Shown one piece after another: positions 7,722 through 16,653 of a stretch of DNA of 19,006 nucleotides (position 1 is its first letter; every line of letters begins with the position of its first letter). The translations under genes were made by a program, and so were the position numbers. This DNA comes from Zygophlyctis sp. KS116 (taxonomy: Eukaryota > Fungi > Chytridiomycota), in assembly GCA_054661495.1 (NCBI GenBank), contig BAAFSQ010000191.1, positions 1-19,006 of the forward strand. Reading direction: 5' to 3'. The notes under the pieces are model-generated. The model was not told where the DNA came from, made no database searches, and saw only the letters and a program-made list of their open reading frames with translations.

Positions 7722-10380
7722 CTACAATTTCGCCCTAATACTCGCTAAAGAAGCTAGTCTTAACACTCTATTAGCGACAGTAGCAGTATCCCTTCGATTC
7801 TTACCCTCTCTACGGAATGATCCAAGTCTTTCACAAAATTCCCAAAGTCTACCTCGCGGCTCAATCGCGCTCCATTGGGTATATGAGAGATCACCTTGAG
7901 CAGCTTCTTCATCAAGAAGGCTTTCTTTAGGCTTAAAAGAGGTCTTTAAAGAAGGATTTGGATCTGGGAAATCTTGAATGGTGTGCCACATTGGAGATAC
8001 GGCTAGCCATGATGTCGTGCCTGAGCTGTTTGAAGAAAAGGTTTGGAGTATATCAGAAATCTGTTGCAAATTTGAATCAAGAGAAATGTTGGGAGGTTCT
8101 GTACCATGGCAAGTTAAAAGCATTCCCAGCTCCTTTATTCGTGATATACCATTTTTAAGCGTTTCCTTATTCAAAGATTCCAAATACGACAGATCCCCTT
8201 GATAATAGAGAGTTTTCCCGAAAAATTGGGCCCTTTGCATAAACTGTTCTTCTGCGATCCAGAAAATATTCTTTATTCCTTTAGGGGGCATAATTGTAAA
8301 CAGAGAGACTAAAGAAAGCCAATATGTTTCTACAAATGGCCATAGTAAAAAACAATAAAAATCAAAGGTTTCTCTTCCAGATTTCCTTTCTTTTGGAGAA
8401 AGTTCAACCCATTTAATATTTCCAGATACATTTTCTCCGAGATTAACGACAGTTTCTTCAGCCAAATCTTGTAAAGTTCTTTTTAAATTCTTCGAAACAC
8501 CGCCAGATTCAAATACAAACTCATTTCTAAACATTTGAGACAGGAAACTGACATCAGTTTCTAATTTTTCCAACGGTATTCTCTGTAAACTTAAGCTATC
8601 ACCGGCTTTAATGGTATTGTACATTCCTATAGATACAATAGCTGAATGATTACATCATAAAAAGTACCTTCTGAAACAAAAAGATGGATAACCTGATTTC
8701 TGTAATAACTGAGTTCAAACCGGTTTACAGGAAAGTAGATGGATTCAAGAAGATCATTACGACAATCAATCAAATCTTTACGAAGCACTTGAACCGCTCT
8801 GAAACGTTTAAATAGGAAGATATACCTTTCTACAATCTTTTTTGTAGACATACCACCAAAATCTGCGACACGTCCTCCCTTTTTTAGTATCTTTCTTAGA
8901 AATATTAAATCTAAGCAAATTACCTTTTCAGCCAATTAACTTTACGCAACATTTCCTGTTCACCAATCCCCCCATTTCCTCTCAAAGTAATTACAATTGT
9001 CCCAACAATTGCGGTTGGCATGATAACTGTAACGCTATTGATTTCCGAAAGCACTTTAAAGCTTAAAGACTGAAGCATAAATCTAGTTTGTTCTGAAGAT
9101 GGATTTTCACTCCAATTTGTTGGCCTAGCTTCTGCCGTCTGACTTATATAATCTTTTAAAGAAAAGGGTTCTGCAAACCGTACATCAATCCGACCCCATT
9201 TAAAATTCAAAAGATTAATGTTATTAAAGAGTTGCCCAAGAGACTCTTTTTTCTTTGGAGATCCTAAAAGTTCCGTTGCATACGCTGAAGTCTCAATAAC
9301 CTTTTATATTAAAAATCCAACAACAAACCTTATCATATCCAATACTCATTGGCACAATAAAACAATCCTCTACAGTCCCTTGAACCACTGCATTCAAAAT
9401 AATCTTTAAAATCCCATAACGAGGCTGTAATAGTTTCCCTATTCTACTTCTAGTCCCTTCGATAAACGCCTCTATATTATGTCCTTTTTTAAGTAAAACT
9501 TCTATATATTCTCGCATAACTTCATGATACAACTCATCAGCCCCCCATTGCCTCCTAATAAAAAAAGCACCAGCTTTCCGCAATAAATGACCAACCAAGA
9601 ATAAATTTACTATAATTAATTTTTTAATAAAAATACTATTATCCCCTGCTGCAATATGAGGCAGAGCAATCCCCATCCTATAAAAAATATAACTAAAATT
9701 TAAAAAAAACTATTCTTGTACCTAATTACTAAATAATCCACATGACTTTTATGATTTGGTAAAAAAATCAATGATATTTTACGTCTTTTAGCCTCTTCTG
9801 CAGCCTTTTTAACTAGTAAAAATTCTTGTTCCTTGATATGAATCCCTTGATGATACATTCGAACCAAGATATGATTTACAGTAAATGCAGCAATTCTAAA
9901 ATTTAAAATTCTAAAATTACCGTAGAGTTAATTTAGAAGACATTAGAGCCATCATATTTTCTAAAATCATTTTAGCATTATTTTCAGTTTGTTTTTCAAA
10001 TTTAGACAAACTAATCATTGTATCCACTTTTTTAGATTCAAAATCCTGAATCCTCTTTTTATATTTTGCAGCAGCAACCTTTTTTATAGACTCTTTATCT
10101 ATTAATTTTTTAGATTAAACTGTATACATGTAGGACTTGTCCAAACCATTCTCTTTATATCATTATTATACTCTGGATAGAATATTTCAGCCCCAATATA
10201 ATTCATATAACCTCTCCAATCATTTCCATTCAAGAATGCAGAAGACTCTGAAGTTAAACGAATCATAAATCCCAACGGATTCGCTCTAAAACCTCCCAGT
10301 CCATTCCCACTGTTTCTTTTAGTTTAATAGACTTACGCTACATTCCTAGAAGAAGCAATATCATCATTAAGTAAACTCAT
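7722..10380 (-). CDS. Glycerol-3-phosphate / dihydroxyacetone-phosphate O-acyltransferase (PlsB/GPAT1/GNPAT family), ~805 aa
   Basis: Motifs FLPNHKSHVDYL (HxxxxD), AAGDN, GAFFIRR, FIEGTRSR.GK and P.SIGYDKVIE. Ten exons are joined by nine GT-AG introns: 10336-10316 (or 10336-10310), 10127-10099, 9920-9896, 9721-9693, 9636-9610, 9328-9301, 8923-8895, 8825-8799 and 8667-8642. The spliced CDS is 2418 nt and open throughout. Confidence 0.92.
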
Positions 10381-10465
10381 AATTTTTTAAATTCTTTAAT
10401 CGGCTATAAATTTTACAGTCTCAACTTGTAATTTTAGCGTCTACTACAAAAAACTAAAATCCATT

Positions 10466-10957
10466 CTACTCGATAGATTCCTTCTTTTTTAAATCTGATG
10501 CAATCTTTCTAGCTCGAGTCATTGCTGTTTTTACAATTTCAGACTGTCTTAATGTCTCCCATTCTAGTCCAGTGTCTAATGAATACCTCCTGAGAGACTG
10601 TAAATACCAATTTAAACTGGAAATTGAAAATGATTTTGCTTCCATTCTACTAGTCTGAAATTCAATATATTTGACTAAATTCTCTGGAGAAATGGGAAAA
10701 ACTGTTCCATCTTGATTCAAATATCCTTTTTCTATAAATACAGAAGTAATAGTTTGAACATTTCTTATGGTAGGAAGATCACTTTTATGAGAATTTGGGA
10801 TTTTAGAGTCTTTTTCTTGTGTTTTATCATATTTTCTATTCCTAAAATTTGATATTCTCCTTTTAAATTCTCTTGTAGACTTTAGAGATTTATTTATAGA
10901 AGAAATTAATGAAGAATCAGAGTCATAATTGGAATCGTTCGAGTCAATTTCTTCCAT
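10466..10957 (-). CDS. 163-aa protein resembling the N-terminal core-binding (SAM-like) domain of tyrosine recombinases, with no catalytic domain
   Basis: Intact intronless ORF with AAAATG. VFPISPENLVKYI......SFSISSLNWYLQSLRRY..DTG resembles the 'fP.t...l..fi.......s.ssi..Yl.al...h...G' pattern of DIRS/Crypton/integrase N-terminal domains. Confidence 0.5.
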   Translation of the reverse strand: MEEIDSNDSNYDSDSSLISSINKSLKSTREFKRRISNFRNRKYDKTQEKDSKIPNSHKSDLPTIRNVQTITSVFIEKGYLNQDGTVFPISPENLVKYIEFQTSRMEAKSFSISSLNWYLQSLRRYSLDTGLEWETLRQSEIVKTAMTRARKIASDLKKKESIE

Positions 10958-10967
10958 TTTATAAACA

Positions 10968-10975
10968 TAACCCTT
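10968..10975. promoter_or_regulatory. TAACCCTT candidate core-promoter element at the 16-bp spacer after the CEP57 stop
   Basis: It overlaps the CEP57 stop codon and lies 10 nt upstream of the ATG at 10957. Confidence 0.5.
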
Positions 10976-12745
10976 AAATTAGAGAGTCTTGAACTAGTCG
11001 ACTCTGTCTCAATAGTCCCAAATTTTCTAGGGCTTTAGTAGGAGAAGTTGGTCTAGACTTGGTCTTTAATACTCGCTTCTTGTTTGGGATTTGGCTAGAT
11101 TTTTTTGCTGTGTCCATGATTTGTTTCAAAATTGATATTTGATCAGACTAGAGTTAAATTTTGGATTTACCTTTGTTTCCATGTTTTGAATAATGTGTTT
11201 AAGATTAGTTCCAATTTCTCGAAGACCAATCGTAGATTTTTTACTAGAATCATACAGTGCAGAGTCATATTTTGTAACAAGAGTATTATATTCTCTAGAA
11301 TTTAAATAAAAAAATCTTACTTTTTTAAACTTTCAAATTCTTTTTCAAGAGTATATAGATTACTGGTAAGAACATGTATAGAAGATCCAGAATTTGCTTT
11401 AATGTCATTTTTAGGAATTTCTGGTTGGATAGAGTCTTTTTGGGGGTTTTTATGAATAGATTTGGGATTTTGACATTTGGTATCACAGGATTTATCACTA
11501 CAGACATTACATATACTGGGATTATGGGATTTTAAAAGAGAATAGACTTTTTGGATATTTGCAGTCACTGAATATGATTTACCAGGATTCTAAAAATTAA
11601 AAAAAGGAAAAAATTAGATACCTGACCAACAGTAAATGGTAAACTACGCTCTAAAGTTGCTCTTGAAATTTTAGAAGAGTGAGGTTTTCTATTTCCAGGA
11701 TTACTAGACACAACTGCAGCAGATTTTGGTCGTCCTTGAACATTTTTCCAAGACGGAGGTTTCGATGGATACACTTTTAATTTCTATTTTTATAAAATCT
11801 TTTTAGAAATTACCTCTTTTTTAAAGTTTACAGGATTCTCTTTTAGATTTTTTCTAGTAGATAATATTTCTTGCTTTAATTGTCCAATCTGTTCTCTTTT
11901 CAAAAACCCAAATTCATTTTCCATTTCTAATCCAATCGGAGAGCCTAAATCAAACTCTGCTCTTACTGGAGAGTGTGAAGGAGACCGAACATGAGCCTTT
12001 ACAGGAGGCTCTATTTTACTTGTATTTACCTTGATTTTTGGTTGTTCATATACTTTTGACTGGTAATCTCCTAAATTTGATTTTTCAAAGAATTCTCTAG
12101 AGTCTCCAAAATCATTATTACGATTCATAGATTCTCCAAAATCATTATTACGATTCATAGATTCTCGAAAATCATTATTAGTACTAATAGATTCTCTAAA
12201 ATTAGAATTTAAACCAGTGTATTCTTCATCTATAGTCTCTGAAGCAATCGAGTCTAAACACTTGTCAAATGATAATCTCTGAGACTGACGCCTTTTTTCC
12301 GTTTCCACTTTTTTCCTCAACTCCTCCACTTCATTTCTAGCATCCTGTATCCAGTTTGATTTTAATTTTTGTAATTTTTCTAGTGATTCACTCTTGTACA
12401 AAGGATCTGCAGTCTCCTTGTCTGATGAAGATTTGAGAAAAAGTAATTGACGCGCAGAGTTCAATTCCTGCTCAAGACTTTTTATTTGATTTTTTGACTC
12501 TGATTTTTCCTTTTCTAATTCTTGAATTTTAAATTGACAATTTTCTAATGCGCTTAAAATCCCTATTGTTAAATCTCTAAAATACCATTAATATCGTTAA
12601 TATCGTTATTTTTCTCTTCTTTAACTTGTTTACTGTTGAGAGTTCCTAAATTCGTATCAAAACTAGAGTTTGATTCACTGCAGACTTGATTAGAGAGCAA
12701 ATCTATTTGTTTATCGAGTTCTGCCAAAACAATTTCATGGTCCAT
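10974..12745 (-). CDS. CEP57: Centrosomal protein CEP57 (translokin)-like, ~545 aa
   Basis: N-terminal ILSALENCQFKIQELEKE (Cep57 CLD-like); central LPFTVGQNPGKSYSVTANIQKVYSLLKSH (cf. Cep57 PFVAG.S.S.SH.V.ANVQ.V); C-terminal IIQNMETKSDQISIL (Cep57 MT-binding-like). Introns are at 12585-12563 (23 nt), 11813-11784 (30), 11621-11590 (32), 11320-11295 (26) and 11170-11148 (23). Confidence 0.8.
12101..12203. repeat. 30-bp coding tandem repeat (~3.4 copies) in CEP57
   Basis: The unit attctccaaaatcattattacgattcatag recurs at 12101, 12131 and 12161, with a partial copy at 12191. It encodes F(R/G)ESMNRNND-type repeats. Confidence 0.9.
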
Positions 12746-13341
12746 TTTAAGCTTCTTTTTGGTGCTTGGATCACAACACGAAAAATTTCTTTCAAATAGT
12801 AAAAAGCTTATTTAAAGAGTTTGTTTTAAGCCCTACTATTCAAATGTAAACCCTGGGTAGAATTACTTGAAACAATATTAGAACCTCTGCAAGTTTTATT
12901 TGAAAGATCTTATAATTTTCTTTTGACTGTTCGGGTAAAATTCAACACGGAAAGACTTGATGATCGCAGCAAGAAATTACCCTCTTGAAACCAATGCTCA
13001 ATCAACACAATCTTGTATTATATCACTGCATGTGGTATCACATAAATGTACCAATCCAATGATTAGTTTGATAGGGCGCACATTATTTCGAGGCTCGTTA
13101 TAGAATTTGATTTAGTGCTCAGATGGGACTGCGCACGGCTATTCTTGCAGTTATCAGAGATAGTCAATAATATATATCACATACTTGAAATTATTCGTAT
13201 CGTTGACCTAAGATCAGTTGTTTGTTGGATCATGTTCTGTCATTGTCCGAGGGTAGAGTCTTAATTTTCAAACTGATCACCCCGACCCAAAGAACTCGTT
13301 TCTCTAATATATTATCGATCGTCTAAAAGTATAATCTTAAT

Positions 13342-14785
13342 TTAAGAATTTGAAAATATTGGATCATATGCAAAAGGAAATTCACCAAAATTGATTTGTA
13401 ATCTCCAATCTCTTATCGCTGAGACGGATGCATGGAAATTACCAAAAAAATACGTCGCTGCAACTCCCAATAACTTTCCATTTAAAGTGAAAAATACAGA
13501 TCCTGACTTAGGATCATAGGCGCAGCCTACAATATCATTTTGACTAAAGCAAGGCCCGAAAGAAATTCCATTTTGATGAGTTTCTTTATATATTTTTCCA
13601 TCGTCACTAAAATTCACAGAAAACTTATTACCTGTGATAGCCAATTGTAAATCTATTCCAACCAATTTGATGAAATGTATTAGTAGGTTTCACTGATAAG
13701 CCAATTGACATGAATGAATTGAGTCCATGTCCTTGCTCCAAGACTTGAACTTCAAAATAAAAGATCTTTAGGGGATTTGATATTACACAGAAATTACATG
13801 CTACAATTCTTGCAATTACTCCACCATTATCAGGGAATTGTATAACATTATTAATTACAGTAGCAGGTTGAAAAGGATCACTAATCTTTGGTAAACTATA
13901 CGGCACCATCTCTAATTGATTATTATAACTATAGCTAGATCTAGAGATATGATACATATTGATTCCAAGTATTCTGGAAGTTGCCCTGTTACTATATTAA
14001 ATAAAAATGGTTCTTGTCCTGTATTAATTCTAATTTGGCACGGTCCTGTTGAGGAGAAAGCAGCATACCAAGATCCGTTATATTCCAGTTTCTTTCCATC
14101 AATATCTGATGGAGCTTCTCCAATCCAATTCCCATTTAAAGTAAAATAAATAATATTCGTTCCTTGCTGATCTCTAGCCAATCCAACTCCTATAGTATCC
14201 TAATATTATCCAGTCATTGAATACCTTTTTGGACCAAGAAGGACCAAATTGAAATTTATCACCATCGTGGGAAGCCAATGCTATATTTCCATCTGAACTA
14301 TTATAACCAACTCCTGAAAAACATCCTGGAGGATGAACATCATCATTAGATCCTGATACCAATCCTATTCTCATATAGCCAGTTATAGCAGAATCCAAGA
14401 CTGTAATTTCAAAATATGCTGAATTTTGATTTGTAACATTATATATCGATGCTTGACTATTGATTCTTAGCCTTGAAAATAAAACTTTATCACTTTTAGC
14501 TCTGCATCCCATATACTTGTTAATATATCCGTCATCAATTTGCACAACTACTTTATGATCATAAACATAATTCAAGTCTTCCTCTTGCTTAAAGTTTACA
14601 GTGAATGCATTCAATTCAACATTATTCATTGAGAATCTGGGAATAAATCTAGTAAATCTCGCATGATTGATCAAACCAAAGATTGGACGGCAGACATTTC
14701 CAAGTATTCTCAATGATCCAGAGTCTAGAAACTCTGCAACTTCTAATAACAGCTCTGGTGGAAGAACCAAGAGAGAGTACCTCAT
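13342..14785 (-). CDS. F-box plus tandem SPRY (B30.2; Ssh4/RanBP9-like) domain protein
   Basis: F-box at LLVLPPELLLEVAEFLD. SPRY1 reads YFEITV...IGL...GVGYNSSDG...FGPSW..KDTIGVG...IYFTLNG. SPRY2 reads YFEVQV...SIGL...IGW...IGYHSDDG...FGP.F...DIVGC...VFFTLNG...INFGEFPFAY. Clear 25-nt introns lie at 14224-14200 and 13631-13607. The junction near 13955-13910 is ambiguous. Confidence 0.8.
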
Positions 14786-14914
14786 CTACTTGAACTTAAA
14801 AATAGAAACTTCAATTTGCGGCATCTGTTTTTTATAATCAGTGTGATAATTCATTTTTACTTTCTGCATAGATCCTAACTGGAATGCATTTTGTAATTTT
14901 TTGTAATTTAATTC

Positions 14915-15273
14915 TTATTGAAGGAAATATTCTGGTTTTGACAATTTAATTCCTTGTTCCTTGCATGCAGACGTAATATCTTCCAGACTTAGTACATTCC
15001 TCTTATCTTTTAGTTTTTTATCCTTTGATAGTCCTGCGGCTAATCTGATTTTAGAGTGTTGCAGAGCGTCCGACGCTAGATCAGAGATAAACTTTTGTGT
15101 TGCAAGGCCCAAAAGTCTTTTCCTGGAATTTTAAAAAATATTAAAAAATACAAAACAACATCATCAGATTCAAAGCCTGCCTTGTTTAGATAATAGTCAG
15201 TCACTGCATCTGGGATCAGCGGAGCAGAGTCTTCTAAAAGACTTAATAGCTCTGCCAGTGATTGTTTTGACAT
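14915..15273 (-). CDS. TAF10: TFIID/SAGA subunit TAF10, ~109 aa
   Basis: [48 protein letters not shown]...VLSLEDI..A.KEQGI...KPEYF, with a 29-nt intron at 15151-15123. Confidence 0.95.
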
Positions 15274-15279
15274 TTGTTA

Positions 15280-15286
15280 AAGGGTT
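15280..15286. promoter_or_regulatory. AACCCTT candidate core-promoter element upstream of TAF10
   Basis: The sense strand reads gAACCCTTtaacaaATG, placing the motif 6 nt before the ATG. Confidence 0.5.
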
Positions 15287-15357
15287 CAATGGTTCAAAGT
15301 ATGTTCAAGGTCTTACAAAAACACTAATCATACTACTAAATCTATATTGTAATAACT

Positions 15358-16344
15358 TTAATAACATGTCTTATATCTCTTCTTTCGAGCTTCAGCCAAA
15401 GTTTTACGATCTAAAACTAGTTCCTGTTCTTCTCTCAAGTACTGAACCAAGGCAGGATTTCCTCCCCTACATGCATCAAGTAGAATGTCTTTTGTGGGTT
15501 TAACTCCCTTTTCATCAATCAAGTACTTGACCATTTCTAGATCACCATGAATGGCAGCATCATGTAAAGTATAATCATCCGGTTCGAATCCTCTTTCCTT
15601 TGTTAAATATTTTATAATTTCAGAGTTTCCAGTAGATCCTACTTTAAAAGTTTTAGAATCAGGCTCAACTCCTCTTTCTTCAATCAAGTATTTAACTATT
15701 TCTAAACTTCCTCCGATATAAGCTAAATCCAATGTTTTAACATTTGGAACTACTCCCTTGTTTTCAATCAGAAATTTTACAATATCCAATCTACCAGATG
15801 ATGCTGCCCATTCTAAATTTAGATCATTCGGAGTCAGACCAATATCATTTATAAGATAATCAATAAGAGTCTGATTACCATTTTCAAGTGCAAGAGATAA
15901 AATTAACCAATTTGGAGTTAATTTATGATCTTGAATCAGGTATTTTACAACTTTTAAATTTCCACTATGAGCCGCAGCTCTTAAAGTTGTTATTTGAGGC
16001 TCTAAATGCACATGATCTACTAGAAACTTTACAAGTTGAATATTTCCAGAATTACAAGCTTCAATTAGAGTATAATAATTAGAAGAAACTTGCTTTTCCG
16101 TTATCAAGAATTTAACAAGTTTTAAATTCCCTCCTTTACAAGCAAAATTTAAAGTTAAAGTGTCAGGAACTGATCCCTTTTTAATTAAAAGAATTGCTTC
16201 ATCATAATTCCCATTTTCTACTGCCTTGTTTAAATCATAATTATCTTTAGTCCCGATTGAAGGACTATGAGGCCATGTGAATTTTGAATGGCTTGTATGA
16301 CTAGCGGCCATTTTTACAAGCCATAAAATAAAAAATAAATTCAT
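15358..16344 (-). CDS. Ankyrin-repeat protein (~10 shortened, ~28-aa repeats) with a hydrophobic N-terminus (possible signal peptide)
   Basis: Intronless, 328 aa. The repeating unit is TL..A...GNL.lVKyLi.e.gv.P. The N-terminus reads MNLFFILWLVKMAA. Confidence 0.85.
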   Translation of the reverse strand: MNLFFILWLVKMAASHTSHSKFTWPHSPSIGTKDNYDLNKAVENGNYDEAILLIKKGSVPDTLTLNFACKGGNLKLVKFLITEKQVSSNYYTLIEACNSGNIQLVKFLVDHVHLEPQITTLRAAAHSGNLKVVKYLIQDHKLTPNWLILSLALENGNQTLIDYLINDIGLTPNDLNLEWAASSGRLDIVKFLIENKGVVPNVKTLDLAYIGGSLEIVKYLIEERGVEPDSKTFKVGSTGNSEIIKYLTKERGFEPDDYTLHDAAIHGDLEMVKYLIDEKGVKPTKDILLDACRGGNPALVQYLREEQELVLDRKTLAEARKKRYKTCY

Positions 16345-16653
16345 TGAATGAGGAGACTTTTGCAGATAAAAACAAGAAAAATTTTACAGGAAAAATTTGA
16401 TCCTCATCCTGAACCTGAATTTTGAGACTTGAGGCTAGCACAAGAAACCTCATATACCAGAAACACGCAAAATTGCTTTTTTAAATTTTTCAAATTTTGT
16501 TTTGTGGAATTTTTCAAGATTATTTTAGTAAACGATTACTTTTCTAAGCATTTTTTTGAGTTTTTATTTTACTTTTACAATCACTAATTTTTTATGAGCA
16601 TTAACAATTGCAATCCATAAAAGTCCGATTTTATAAATCATTTGAAGCGCGAT

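Noticed and set aside
10381-10973. Intact Crypton/DIRS mobile element
   Set aside because: There is no catalytic YR domain, RT/RNase H or terminal repeats, and no room between the flanking genes.
12101-12203. CRISPR-like array
   Set aside because: The units are head-to-tail without unique spacers and lie in frame within a eukaryotic CDS.
13205-13240. CTAAGATCA and GGATCAT..TCT words resembling U2 snRNA and U3 box A
   Set aside because: The U2 branch-pairing GTGTAGTA and the other conserved boxes are missing, and the matches are too short.
16345-16653. RFX X-box upstream of the ciliary gene SPAG1
   Set aside because: No convincing GTTGCCATGGCAAC-like palindrome is visible.
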